Shown: piece after piece, positions 27,030 to 37,179 of the stretch
Layout of the letters: the number at the start of each line of letters is the position of its first letter
Position numbering within the stretch: position 1 is the first letter of the stretch
NCBI GenBank assembly: GCA_000092065.1
Contig: CP000586.1
Direction: 5' to 3' (one strand)
From: Ostreococcus lucimarinus
Lineage: Eukaryota
Length of the DNA stretch: 64,000 bases
The notes under the pieces: model-generated
Database searches by the model: none
Seen by the model: the letters and a program-made list of their open reading frames with translations, nothing else
Told to the model about the DNA's origin: nothing
Program-made: the position numbers and the translations under genes

Positions 27030-28418
27030 ATGTCGCCGCGCGTCGCGACGTCGACCCTGTCGTGGTGCAAGGCGTATTACTTCTGCAACAGCTTCGGCCT
27101 CGCGTGTTTGCTGCCGTTCTTGCCGCTGTTTTACGCGTCGTGGGGGCTCAGCAAGTCGCGCGTCGGATGGATGGGCGCGACGCGGCACTGCGTCGGCGCC
27201 GTCTTGACGCCGTGCTGGAACGCGCTCGCGGACGCGACGAAGGCGCACAACGCGGTGCACTTCGCGTGCATCGTCGCGCAGGCGCTGGCGTACTTCGCGC
27301 TGGCGCGCGCGAACCACGCGTGGCCGGGGATATGGTGGCGCGTCGTGTTGGCGGAGAGCGCGGCGTGCTGCGTCGGGTCGCTGGGCGATAACGCGACGTG
27401 CTTGATGGTGAAGCGATGGAATCTCGAGCGAGGCGTCGGAGAGGACGACGCGGGAGGGGCGTCGTACGGGAAACAGCGGCTCTGGGGGGCGGTGAGCTGG
27501 GGATTAGTCGCCGCGCCGACGATGGGCGTCATCATGAGCGTCGGCGGGCCGAGGGCGAGAGCGCGCGCGCCGTTCTCGGGATGGTTGATTTTTTTGCTCG
27601 TCTCCGCGATGATCTCGACGAGGTTGAGACACGATCCCGTGGTGAGCGAAAACGCGGACGCGGCGAAAAATGAGCACGAGATGGGTGAGGTCGCCGCGGA
27701 TGAAGTCGTCGGGACGAAGATGTCGCGAAGAATCGCGTCGGCGAACGACTTGCACGCGTCGCAAGATTCAATCGCCGTGCGGTTGTGGCGCGTCGTGCGA
27801 GACCCCGCGGTGGCGCTGCGATTCTTTTTGTTTCTCATGTCGGGCGCGTCGATGACGATCACGGATTTGTATTTGTTTTTATGGCTGGAAGATTTAGGAG
27901 GCACTCCCGCGACGATGGGCGCGGCGCTCTTTTGTACGTGCGTGTGCGAAGTCGCCGTCTTTTACAACGGCGCCAAGATCAAGAAGGCGCTCACGCTGGA
28001 TTGGTGCCTGGCCCTCGTGCCGTTTTGTTACTTCATCAGACAGTTTTACTACTGGCTTTTACCCGCGTTCGGCAATCCCTGGGCCGTTTTGCCGGTGCAA
28101 TTTTTACACGGCGTCACGTTTGGGTTGTACTGGAGCACGGCGAATGATTTCATCCAAGACATAAGTCCGTTCGGGTTGAGCGCGTCCATGACTGGGCTTT
28201 TCAGCGCCGTCAACTCCGCCGGAGGCTTCAGCGGCGCCGTGCTCGGCGGCATGGCGTACGACGCCTTCGGCGGCGGCGGTCTGTTCCTCGGCGTCGGTTT
28301 AATAAACTTGTGCCTGGGCGTGTTTTTCACCGCACTCAAGCTCAGGAGCGATCGCGCGAACGCCGTCGCGTACGTATTACTCGAGAGCGAATCGACCGAA
28401 GAAGCGAACGCCCTTTAG
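27030..28418 (+). CDS. major facilitator superfamily transporter (MFS_1_like / MFSD6-like)
   Basis: 12-TM topology with an MFS_1_like N-terminus (FGLACLLPFLPLFYASWGLSKSRVG). ATG at 27030. Confidence 0.7.
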   Translation: MSPRVATSTLSWCKAYYFCNSFGLACLLPFLPLFYASWGLSKSRVGWMGATRHCVGAVLTPCWNALADATKAHNAVHFACIVAQALAYFALARANHAWPGIWWRVVLAESAACCVGSLGDNATCLMVKRWNLERGVGEDDAGGASYGKQRLWGAVSWGLVAAPTMGVIMSVGGPRARARAPFSGWLIFLLVSAMISTRLRHDPVVSENADAAKNEHEMGEVAADEVVGTKMSRRIASANDLHASQDSIAVRLWRVVRDPAVALRFFLFLMSGASMTITDLYLFLWLEDLGGTPATMGAALFCTCVCEVAVFYNGAKIKKALTLDWCLALVPFCYFIRQFYYWLLPAFGNPWAVLPVQFLHGVTFGLYWSTANDFIQDISPFGLSASMTGLFSAVNSAGGFSGAVLGGMAYDAFGGGGLFLGVGLINLCLGVFFTALKLRSDRANAVAYVLLESESTEEANAL

Positions 28419-28695
28419 CTCTAGATCTTAGTTAGCTCTGTAGACATCGCTAGACGCTAGACCGTAGTCGACCGCTATGCGTACGAGCACACGTAGTGAA
28501 ACTGTCCCTCCACGCGAATGTCGAACGACGAATCGCCTTCGAAGGATTCGAGCGGCATGGCGCGAGGGCGCGTGTGCGGTCGGCGGCGCGTCGTCGGCGG
28601 CGTCGTCGGCGGTGGCGATCTCGGCGGCGCGCGGGCGACGCGCGGCGTCGTGAAGTGTGCTGGAAATGCGTAGTTTACAGAGTACAATCCGAGTG

Positions 28696-29568
28696 TTACA
28701 GAGTGTAATCGTACTCGATCGTCGGAACGACGGACGCGATGAATTTGAGAAAGACGAACATGTAGGAATCGACGCTCGGCGCTTCGCCGCTTTGCGCCCG
28801 CGCGGAATTCACGAGCTTTTTCATCACGCTCGCGTGCTTGCACGGATGAATCGACGCCGACGGCACGCCGGTGTGCGGATGCGGATCGATCGTCACCGTC
28901 TTTTGCGCGTGATCGGCGCTGATGTCTTCCAACGTTTTCGAAGGTTTCAACACCAGTCTGTTTTCGTCGTATCCGTTCAACCACACGCGCGGCGTTTGAT
29001 AGTATTTATCGTACGTGATCGACACGTCGTACGTTCGCGTCTTGACGATATTTTCATCGTCCCTCTCCCCGTTCGCCCCCGCCGCCTCTTTCGCGATCGC
29101 CGTCGCCGTCGGTAAGACCACCGCGTCGTCGTCTTCGTCTTCGTATTCGTCCTCCGCGTCGTCCTCCGCGTCCGCCTCGAGCGTCATCGCCCCCAAATCC
29201 GGGATCGCCTCCATCGTCGCGCCATCGCTCCTCCCGCCCGCCCCCGTCGCGATCCATCCCTCGTCCTCGCCCGTCAGCGCCTCCTCCGCGCCCGCGTACG
29301 CCTCGACGTCTCGCGCTCTTCGCGCGCACGGCACGCGTCGCGTCGTCAGGTACTGCTTCTCCCGCGGCAGGTACGTCCTCGCGCGCGCGCCCTGTCCCGT
29401 CGTCCACGTCCACGTCGGGCACGCGCGCGTCAGCGCGTCCCCCGCGGCGACGAACTCCTCGGGCGTCAGCACGCCCTCGCTCGCGAACGCGCTCGACGAC
29501 CGAATCGGCGTCACCGCCTCCATCGTCGTCTTGTACGCGCCGTGCACCGCGTGTCGCAGCGCGTGCAT
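28696..29568 (-). CDS. ATG3: autophagy E2-like enzyme ATG3
   Basis: N-terminus LTPEEFVAAGD. YLPREKQYLTTRRVPC. Catalytic HPC motif (SIHPCKHA). C-terminal FLKFIASVVPTIEYDYT. Same length and pattern as human ATG3. Confidence 0.85.
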   Translation of the reverse strand: MHALRHAVHGAYKTTMEAVTPIRSSSAFASEGVLTPEEFVAAGDALTRACPTWTWTTGQGARARTYLPREKQYLTTRRVPCARRARDVEAYAGAEEALTGEDEGWIATGAGGRSDGATMEAIPDLGAMTLEADAEDDAEDEYEDEDDDAVVLPTATAIAKEAAGANGERDDENIVKTRTYDVSITYDKYYQTPRVWLNGYDENRLVLKPSKTLEDISADHAQKTVTIDPHPHTGVPSASIHPCKHASVMKKLVNSARAQSGEAPSVDSYMFVFLKFIASVVPTIEYDYTL

Positions 29569-29775
29569 GGCCGACGTCGTCGCCTCGCGCGTCGCCGCTC
29601 GCGACGCGCGCTGACGACGCGACGCGACGCCGACGCGGCGACGGCGGTCGGTATAATCGACCGCGCACTGACGCCCATACGAAATTCAAAAACCACCGCG
29701 ACGACGACGCGCGCGTCGCCACACGCGCGCGCGAGCGACGCGCGAGCGACGGGACGCGCGACGACGCGCCGCGCG

Positions 29776-32700
29776 ATGACGCCGCGAGCGGTCGCGTCGA
29801 CGCGCGCGACGGGACGCGCGACGACGCGCGGCGCGAAGACGACGCGCGCGCGACGATGGACGGCGGCGCCGATGGGCGCGCGGCGACGCGCGATCGTCTC
29901 GCGACGCGCGAGGGAGACGACGGGACGCGCGACGGGGCACGCGACGGCGAGCAAAGTCGTGGAACACTTTTTTAGGCGACCGTTCGTGTCGGACGAGGCG
30001 TGCGAGACGCTGGTGAGGAAGGTGAACGCGAGGCTGGGGCGAGACGCGGTGGCGCGCGCGGAGACGGAGCAGTGCTTCAACGTGGAGTGCGAGGGAGGGC
30101 TGAGCGACGCGGCGAAGGAGACGCTGACGTGGTTGCTGAGGGAGACGTACGAACCGGAGCTGTTCGGGGCGACGAGCGCGCTGGTGGGCGAGAGTGGATC
30201 GCCGGTGGTGGAGGTGGGACCGAGGTTGGCGTTTCAGAGCGCGTGGTCGACGAACGCGGTGTCGGTGTGTCGATCGTGCGGGTTGGAGAACGTGACGAGG
30301 TTGGAACGGAGTCGGAGGTTTAAGTTGTTTGCGGCGAACGGGGCGAGCGTGGACGAAGAGGCTGTGCGAGTGTTCTCGGCTATGGTGCACGATCGCATGA
30401 CGGAGTGCGTGTACGACGAACCTTTGAAGACGTTTGAATCCAACGTCACGCCTGAGCAAGTGTACACGGTGCCGATCACCACGGAAGGACGCGCGGCGCT
30501 CGAAAGGGTTGACAAAGAGATGGGTTTGGCGTTTGATGACCAAGATTTCGACTTTTACATGCGTTTGTTCTGCGACGAAATCGGTCGAGACCCGACGAAC
30601 GTCGAGCTCTTCGACATGGCGCAGAGTAACTCTGAACACTCCCGTCACTGGTTCTTCTCCGGCGAGCTCACCGTTGACGGGCAAAAGATCGACAAGACGT
30701 TGTTCAAGATGGTGAAGGAAACCATCGAGGGCGATCGCGCGCACAACAGCGTGATCCAGTTCAAGGACAACTCGTCCGCCATTCGCGGTTTCGTCAACAC
30801 GCCGCTGCGACCGGCCAACGCCGGAGGGCCGTCGGCAATGGTGAAGAAGGAGACCGATCTCGATCTTCTTCTCACCGCGGAGACGCACAACTTTCCCTCG
30901 GGCGTTGCGCCGTATCCGGGCGCGGAAACGGGCACCGGTGGGCGCATTCGCGACACGCACGCCACGGGCTGCGGTTCCACTCTCGTCGCCGGTACTGCCG
31001 GTTACATGACGGGTAACTTGCGCTTGGACGGTAAGATCCTTCCTCACGAAGACACCACGGCGGTCTACCCGTCCAACTTGGCGTCCCCGTTGCAAATTCT
31101 CATCGACGCCTCCAACGGCGCCTCCGATTACGGGAACAAGTTCGGCGAGCCGGTGATTTTGGGCTTCTGCCGTACTTTCGGTCAACGCATGCCGAACGGT
31201 GAGCGTCGTGAATACATCAAGCCGATCATGTTCTCCGCCGGTTTCGGTCAAATCGATCACACGAACTTGGAAAAGCAAGAGGGCGACATTGGTATGCTCG
31301 TCGTGAAAATCGGCGGTCCCGCGTACCGAATCGGCATGGGTGGCGGAGCCGCATCGTCCAAGGCTGGTGGCGAAGATGAAGCCAACGCGAGTCTTGACTT
31401 CAATGCCGTTCAACGCGGTGATGCAGAAATGTCCAACAAACTCAACCGCGTCGTGAAGGCGTGCGTCGAACTCATGGGGGAGAATCCGATTTTGAGCATC
31501 CACGACCAAGGCGCAGGCGGTAACTGCAACGTCGTCAAGGAACTCATCTACCCGAAGGGTGGGGAAATCAATATTCGCGAGGTCAAGCTTGGTGATAACA
31601 CGATGAGCGTGCTCGAGATTTGGGGCGCCGAATATCAAGAGAACTCTGCGATGCTGATCAAACCCGAATCCCTCCCTATTATTGAGAAAATTTGCGCCCG
31701 AGAACGCTGCCCGTTCTCTGTGCTCGGTAGCATCAACGGTAGCGGACGCGTCACCGTGCGCGATCCGGATGCCCCGCCGGGTACGCCGACTCCGGAAGAT
31801 CTCGATCTCGAGGCCGTACTGGGTGATGTTCCGAAGAAGAAGTACGATCTCAAGCGCGACGCGCCGCTCAGCTCGAAGTTCGTCATGCCGGCGGGCGAAA
31901 CCGTCGGTTCCGCCCTCGACCGCGTACTCTTACTTCCGTCCGTGTGCTCAAAACGTTTCTTGACCACGAAGGTCGATCGTTCAGTCACTGGTTTGATTGC
32001 GCAGCAGCAATGCGTCGGTCCTCTGCAAATCCCACTCTCCGACGTCGGTGTCATCTCCCAGACGCACTTTGGCATAACGGGCGGCGCCACGTCCATCGGC
32101 GAAGCCCCGCTCAAGGGCTTGGTTGACCCGCGGTCGATGGCCCGTGTCTCGCTCGGTGAGTCGCTCACCAACATGGTCTTCGCGAATACACAAGGCATGG
32201 ACTATGTCAAATATTCCGGCAACTGGATGTACGCCGCCAAGCTCGGAGGCGACGGCGCGCACATGTACGACGCGTGCGAAGCGCTTTGCGAAACTATGAA
32301 GAAGCTTGGCGTGGCTATCGATGGTGGTAAAGATTCCTTGTCTATGGCCGCCAAGGCTGGTGGTGAGGTCGTCAAGACGCCCGGCACGCTCGTCATGTCT
32401 GGCTACGTCGGCGTCCCGGATATCACCAAGACGGTGACGCCGGATTTGAAGCTTCCGGGCACGGGCAAGCTCATTCTCGTCGAATTTGGTAGCAAGGATG
32501 GCAAGCGACGCATCGGAGGTTCTGCACTCGCGCAAGCGTACGCCCAGGTTGGTGACGAAAGCCCCGACTTAGATGACACCGCCTATTTCAAGGCGGCGTG
32601 GAGCGCGACGCAAAAGCTCGTCGACGGGCGAAAGATTAGCGCTGGTCACGACGTCTCCGACGGCGGCTTCATCACCGCCGTGCTCGAGATGGCTTTCCCG

Positions 32701-33918
32701 TCCACCACCGCGGGTGTGAATGTGACGCTTCCCGGAAGTGACGCTATTTCTGCGTGTTTCGCCGAAGAACTCGCCATTATTCTCGAAGTCTCGCCTGAAA
32801 ACATTTCCGAAGTCATGGCGACGTACGCCTCCGCGGGAGTCACCGCTCGTGCGATTGGGCAAACTACTAACGACGGCAAGTGCACGGTATCCGCTGGCGG
32901 CGCGCAGTGCGTCAGCGATTCCACAGCGTCTCTTCGCGATAAGTGGGAGGAAATGAGTTTTGAGTTTGAAAAGCTTCAATCCTCCAACGCCACAGTGGCT
33001 ATCGAGAAGGAAGGCCTGAAATCGCGCAAGGCGCCGACGTGGAAGCTGACGTACACGCCGACTCCGACGCCGCCGGAAGTGCTCAACGCGGCGAACAAGG
33101 CCAAAGTTGCCATTATCAGAGAAGAAGGGTCTAACGGCGATCGAGAGATGGCCGCTGCTGTCACCGCCGCCGGTATGGAGGCTTGGGATGTCACCATGAG
33201 CGACCTTCTTAGCGGTCGCGCCAACTTGAGCGATTTCCGCGGCGTCGTCTTCGTCGGCGGTTTCTCTTACGCCGACGTCCTCGATAGCGCCAAGGGATGG
33301 TCGGGCGGTATTCGTTACAACGCGTCGCTGAAGCAGCAGTTCCAAGACTTTTACAACAGATCGGACACGTTCTCGTTGGGTGTGTGCAACGGTTGCCAGC
33401 TCATGGCGCTCTTGGGCTTCATCCCGTCCGACGGCGGCGTCGGCGCGCTTCCGGATTCCAGGCAACCGCGTTTCATTCACAACGACAGCGGTCGCTTTGA
33501 ATCTCGATGGACCACTGTCGGCATCGACGAAAACACACCAGCGATGATGTTGAAGGGCATGGGGGGATCTCGCATGGGCGTTTGGTGCGCGCACGGTGAA
33601 GGCAAAGTCAAGTTCCCAGATGAGAGCATGCTGCCCGACGTGTTGAAGAACGGCCAAGCCGCTGTACGATACGTCGACGCCGACGGATCGCCGACGGAAC
33701 AGTACCCGCTCAACCCCAACGGTTCGCCGCATGGTATCGCCGGTTTGTGCTCGAAAGATGGTCGTCACTTAGCGATGATGCCTCACCCCGAACGCGCCTT
33801 CATCGGTTGGCAAGTTCCGTGGGCTCCGGCGGACGCCGGCGTCGACCCGTACGGCCCGGGCCCTTGGTTACAAATGTTCCAAAACGCCCAAAAATGGGCC
33901 GCCGAGAACGGTAAGTAA
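29776..33918 (+). CDS. PFAS: phosphoribosylformylglycinamidine (FGAM) synthase, large single-chain eukaryotic type, with a transit-peptide-like N-terminus
   Basis: About 1380 aa with N-terminal, linker, AIRS and AIRS_C domains and a C-terminal glutaminase domain (GVCNGCQLMA, catalytic Cys). The ORF-track start at 29542 overlaps ATG3. The first ATG is at 29776. Confidence 0.9.
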   Translation: MTPRAVASTRATGRATTRGAKTTRARRWTAAPMGARRRAIVSRRARETTGRATGHATASKVVEHFFRRPFVSDEACETLVRKVNARLGRDAVARAETEQCFNVECEGGLSDAAKETLTWLLRETYEPELFGATSALVGESGSPVVEVGPRLAFQSAWSTNAVSVCRSCGLENVTRLERSRRFKLFAANGASVDEEAVRVFSAMVHDRMTECVYDEPLKTFESNVTPEQVYTVPITTEGRAALERVDKEMGLAFDDQDFDFYMRLFCDEIGRDPTNVELFDMAQSNSEHSRHWFFSGELTVDGQKIDKTLFKMVKETIEGDRAHNSVIQFKDNSSAIRGFVNTPLRPANAGGPSAMVKKETDLDLLLTAETHNFPSGVAPYPGAETGTGGRIRDTHATGCGSTLVAGTAGYMTGNLRLDGKILPHEDTTAVYPSNLASPLQILIDASNGASDYGNKFGEPVILGFCRTFGQRMPNGERREYIKPIMFSAGFGQIDHTNLEKQEGDIGMLVVKIGGPAYRIGMGGGAASSKAGGEDEANASLDFNAVQRGDAEMSNKLNRVVKACVELMGENPILSIHDQGAGGNCNVVKELIYPKGGEINIREVKLGDNTMSVLEIWGAEYQENSAMLIKPESLPIIEKICARERCPFSVLGSINGSGRVTVRDPDAPPGTPTPEDLDLEAVLGDVPKKKYDLKRDAPLSSKFVMPAGETVGSALDRVLLLPSVCSKRFLTTKVDRSVTGLIAQQQCVGPLQIPLSDVGVISQTHFGITGGATSIGEAPLKGLVDPRSMARVSLGESLTNMVFANTQGMDYVKYSGNWMYAAKLGGDGAHMYDACEALCETMKKLGVAIDGGKDSLSMAAKAGGEVVKTPGTLVMSGYVGVPDITKTVTPDLKLPGTGKLILVEFGSKDGKRRIGGSALAQAYAQVGDESPDLDDTAYFKAAWSATQKLVDGRKISAGHDVSDGGFITAVLEMAFPSTTAGVNVTLPGSDAISACFAEELAIILEVSPENISEVMATYASAGVTARAIGQTTNDGKCTVSAGGAQCVSDSTASLRDKWEEMSFEFEKLQSSNATVAIEKEGLKSRKAPTWKLTYTPTPTPPEVLNAANKAKVAIIREEGSNGDREMAAAVTAAGMEAWDVTMSDLLSGRANLSDFRGVVFVGGFSYADVLDSAKGWSGGIRYNASLKQQFQDFYNRSDTFSLGVCNGCQLMALLGFIPSDGGVGALPDSRQPRFIHNDSGRFESRWTTVGIDENTPAMMLKGMGGSRMGVWCAHGEGKVKFPDESMLPDVLKNGQAAVRYVDADGSPTEQYPLNPNGSPHGIAGLCSKDGRHLAMMPHPERAFIGWQVPWAPADAGVDPYGPGPWLQMFQNAQKWAAENGK

Positions 33919-34040
33919 GTTATCGTCCGAAGTTATTGTCCGTTTACTCGCATCTTTTACGACTATGACCGATGTAATATCCAAGTTTGGCTGTGGTTCA
34001 CAAAATCTACGCGCGCGTAACCGACGACTCCTCGCGGCGA

Positions 34041-34509
34041 CTACGACGGCGACCGCACGCCGCCGAACGGTGAACCTAGAAACGCGGGCAATCGCGACGG
34101 CGATGGCACCGGTCCCTCGCCCGCTCGCGTCTCGCGTCGAACGCGCGGCGTCGTCACCGCCATCCCCGACCCGTCTCGCGCTCGATCGCGTCGCTCAAAC
34201 TCTTTCCTCGCCGCCCGCGTCGCGTCAATCAACAGCGCGTTCTCCCTTCGCAATCGCGCCGACTCGCGCTCCGCGCGCGCCAACTCCTTCTCCAACCCGT
34301 CGACGATCGCGTTCAACCGCTTCAACTCCCTCGTCGATTCCGCGCGCGTCCCCGTCGCCTCGAGCGCGCGCTCCAGCTCGCGCTTCGCGTCTCGCGTCCA
34401 CGCGCTCCGCCCCTCCAAAATCTCCGCCTCGAGCGTCGCGCCTCGAGCGCGCGACTCCCGCAGCGCGCGCTCGAGCGCCGTCGTCCGTCGTCGCAAATAC
34501 CGCGCCTCG

Positions 34510-34543
<34 letters not shown>

Positions 34544-34703
34544 TCGCGCAGCACCGCGCGAGGCTCCTCGCGCATCGTCGCACGGCGTCCAGCGCGTCGT
34601 CGACCGCGTCGACGCGACCGGACGTCGACGCCGCGAGCGTTTCAAGCGCCGCGTTCGCGTCGACGACGTCGCGCGCGCATCGCTCGAGCGCCGTCGAGCG
34701 CAT
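34041..34703 (-). CDS. hypothetical coiled-coil protein with a poly-Asp tract
   Basis: 220-aa ORF with heptad-like E/R/L-rich segments and a D9 run. The opposite-strand ORF is low-complexity S/R/P/A. Weak support. Confidence 0.3.
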
Positions 34704-34794
34704 TTCGAAGCGCGCGCGCGCGAGTGTGGTAACACCCTCGCGATTTTTGTTGTAATGTTGAATCTTGAAGTGAATCTTGAAAATTAGAATGCGT

Positions 34795-35850
34795 CTATCG
34801 GTCGGTAGTCGCGAGACCAGAGCGAGACCACGAGTTGTAGCCCCCTCGCACGGTGAAAACCTTGCTGAAGCCCTGTTTGGCGAGCGCCTTGGCGAGCGCC
34901 TTGGCGGAGCCGCCGTTTTGGTCGAGCAAGATGACCTTTTTACCGCGGCTCACGCCACGAAGAGAAGCAATCTTGAGTGCCGCGACCTTTCCGGCGGCGG
35001 CGTTGGAGAACGCGCCGCTCTTCTCGATGCCACACACGAGAACGCGCTTGTTGGCGCCTCCCGGAAGCTGAACGGTGACTTCGGATCCGCGAGTATCGAC
35101 GATGACGGCGTTCTCGGAAAGAAGCATGTCGTACGCTTCGATCGGACGCAAGTCACCGCGATAACCGCGCGCGATGTCTGCCACCAACTTGAACACCACG
35201 GGCGCGAGGAGGTAGGCCAAAAAGAGTTCGCCAGCCGTCGTCGCCAACTCCTCTCCAGAGGCGTCTGCCAAATAATCCGCGACTTGTTGCGCGATCGGCA
35301 CCGTGGCGTCGAACACGATTTGCGCACCCTCCTCGAAAACCTTAGCGGCGGGCGCGATATCGACGCCTTGCGCCTTCAACGCGCTGTCCGCGGAAGAGAG
35401 AGCTTGGCCGCTCGCGCTCGACGCTTGCTTCAGCGCCTCGTCCGCCGCCGGAACGATCGCCCGTCCCGCGTACGCGCCGACCGCCTCACCGACCGGCGTC
35501 ACCGCCTTCACCGCGCGTTCCGCCACGGGCAAAACAACCGGCGCCGCCTCTTGCGCGAGTTCAACGCCTTGCGCGACGAGATCCGCGGCTTGCGAGAAAA
35601 CCGCCGTGGCCGCGTCCGCCGCGCTATCCGCCGCGTCCAACACCGCCGCGAGTCTATCGCTCACCTGTCCGGCGTGCGCCGCCCCGGCGTGGGTCATCAT
35701 CGTCAACGCCGTCAGCGTCGTCGTCGTCGTCGTCACCGCGCGCTTGTCGCTCGTCGACGCGCGCGCGACGACGCCGGATCTCTTTTCAGCCTTCGCGAAC
35801 GATTTCGTCGCGTTCGTCGCGCGCAGCGCGCATCGCGGCGCGGCGTACAT
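34795..35850 (-). CDS. rhodanese-domain protein, CaS-like (thylakoid calcium-sensing-receptor-like): presequence, Ala-rich helical region, C-terminal rhodanese fold
   Basis: C-terminal rhodanese-like segment AYDMLLSENAVIVDTRG...VLVCGIEKSGAFSNAAAGKVA...VILLDQNGGSAKALAKALAKQGFSKVF. The ORF-track start at 35877 is GTG. The first ATG gives MYAAPR at about 35850. Confidence 0.6.
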   Translation of the reverse strand: MYAAPRCALRATNATKSFAKAEKRSGVVARASTSDKRAVTTTTTTLTALTMMTHAGAAHAGQVSDRLAAVLDAADSAADAATAVFSQAADLVAQGVELAQEAAPVVLPVAERAVKAVTPVGEAVGAYAGRAIVPAADEALKQASSASGQALSSADSALKAQGVDIAPAAKVFEEGAQIVFDATVPIAQQVADYLADASGEELATTAGELFLAYLLAPVVFKLVADIARGYRGDLRPIEAYDMLLSENAVIVDTRGSEVTVQLPGGANKRVLVCGIEKSGAFSNAAAGKVAALKIASLRGVSRGKKVILLDQNGGSAKALAKALAKQGFSKVFTVRGGYNSWSRSGLATTDR

Positions 35851-36034
35851 CGTACTTGAAGACGCGCGTGTTATCACCGCTCACGGCGGCGTTCGCTCGG
35901 GTCGTGCGCGTCGGTCGCGCGCGCGTGCGGAAGTGGCGCGGCGCGCGCGGCGCGGTCGGATTAAAATCAGATATTTCCAGCCTGGCTGAGCGTGGCTGTC
36001 GTTGATTCGCGCACACGGGGTTTAAATATACACA

Positions 36035-36994
36035 CTACGAACCGACGGTCGGGTAATGAGATTTATCGATGCAGAAGACGCGACGCGCGTTGCGCGCGCA
36101 CGCTTCGGCGACGACGTCCACGCCGACGCCGTGCGCGCAGGCGATGATTTGAGCGACGCACACGATGTGCGCTGGCTCGCAACGGTCCTTGATCAGAGCG
36201 CCCGCGAACCACTTTTCCTTCTTGACGGGTTTCGGCCACGAGAGCGGCGGCGCGACGGCGGCGAAACCGGCGTGCGTGGGCTTGATCCCGCACCACGGGG
36301 CGTCGGTTTCGAGAACGATTCGATCGAGTGGAATCGTCTTCACCACGTCGAGGTTTTCTTGGGTCTTGAGCGAGCAGCCGTTGAGACCTATGAGGAGATT
36401 TTCGCGCGCGAGCACCGCGGCGGCTTCGCGCGCGCCGCCGGTGAAAGAGTGCACGACTCCCGCGGTGAATCTGTGCGCGTTGCGATCGATAATCTCCAAG
36501 AAATCGTCGCACGCGGCGCGCATGTGCAAGAACAGCGGCAACGACGTCGCCTCGGCGAGGGCAAACTGTTTTTCAAACATTTCCTTTTGCGTCGCCGCGT
36601 CGCAAAACTCGAGCCTGTCGTAATCCAATCCCATCTCCCCGATCGCCACGATCGTCCCGCTCGCCTTACCGTCGAGCGCGACTCGCTTCAACTTTTCCAA
36701 GTGCGCGTCCGCGCCGTCGACGTCGTCCGCGAACGCGCCGCACCTCGTCGGGTGCACGCCGCACGTCGCGTACAGCCTCGGCGCCGCGCCATCCTCCCGC
36801 GTTTCCCTCGCCAGCGCCACCGCCTCGCGCGCTTCCTCGAGCGTGCCCGCGGTGACGATGATATCGCTCACCCCCGCCTCGCGCGCGCGTCGCAGCACGG
36901 CGCCCAAATCGTCCTCGTGCGCGCGTTTTCCGCGGTACACACCGCGAAACATCCCATCCGTCAAGTTCGCCCCGACGTCCACGTACGTCGCCAT
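36035..36994 (-). CDS. TATD: TatD-family metal-dependent DNase/hydrolase
   Basis: TatD N-terminus VDVGANLTDGMF, with conserved His/Glu/Asp motifs (HPTRCGAF, VAIGEMGLDY, LFLHMRAA, VVHSFTGG, LETDAPW). The ORF-track start at 37297 is TTG. The conserved core starts at the ATG near 36994. An upstream ATG at about 37075 would add a presequence. Confidence 0.8.
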   Translation of the reverse strand: MATYVDVGANLTDGMFRGVYRGKRAHEDDLGAVLRRAREAGVSDIIVTAGTLEEAREAVALARETREDGAAPRLYATCGVHPTRCGAFADDVDGADAHLEKLKRVALDGKASGTIVAIGEMGLDYDRLEFCDAATQKEMFEKQFALAEATSLPLFLHMRAACDDFLEIIDRNAHRFTAGVVHSFTGGAREAAAVLARENLLIGLNGCSLKTQENLDVVKTIPLDRIVLETDAPWCGIKPTHAGFAAVAPPLSWPKPVKKEKWFAGALIKDRCEPAHIVCVAQIIACAHGVGVDVVAEACARNARRVFCIDKSHYPTVGS

Positions 36995-37179
36995 GCCGCG
37001 CGGCGCGGCGCGCGCGCGACCTTCGCTCGCGCCCCCGCGCGCGCTCGCGCACGCGAACCGCGCGCACGCGCGCATGTGAAGCGCGGCGCGAGCGAGACCG
37101 TTACGCAGCACATCGCGACGCACCGACGTCGCGCCGCGTCGCGTCGCGCGTCGCGTCGCGTCGCGCGCGTCGAGGCGGC

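Noticed and set aside
29686-31638. 650-aa minus-strand ORF inside FGAM synthase
   Set aside because: Antisense to an unambiguous, highly conserved 1380-aa enzyme. Its composition is R/H/L-rich junk.
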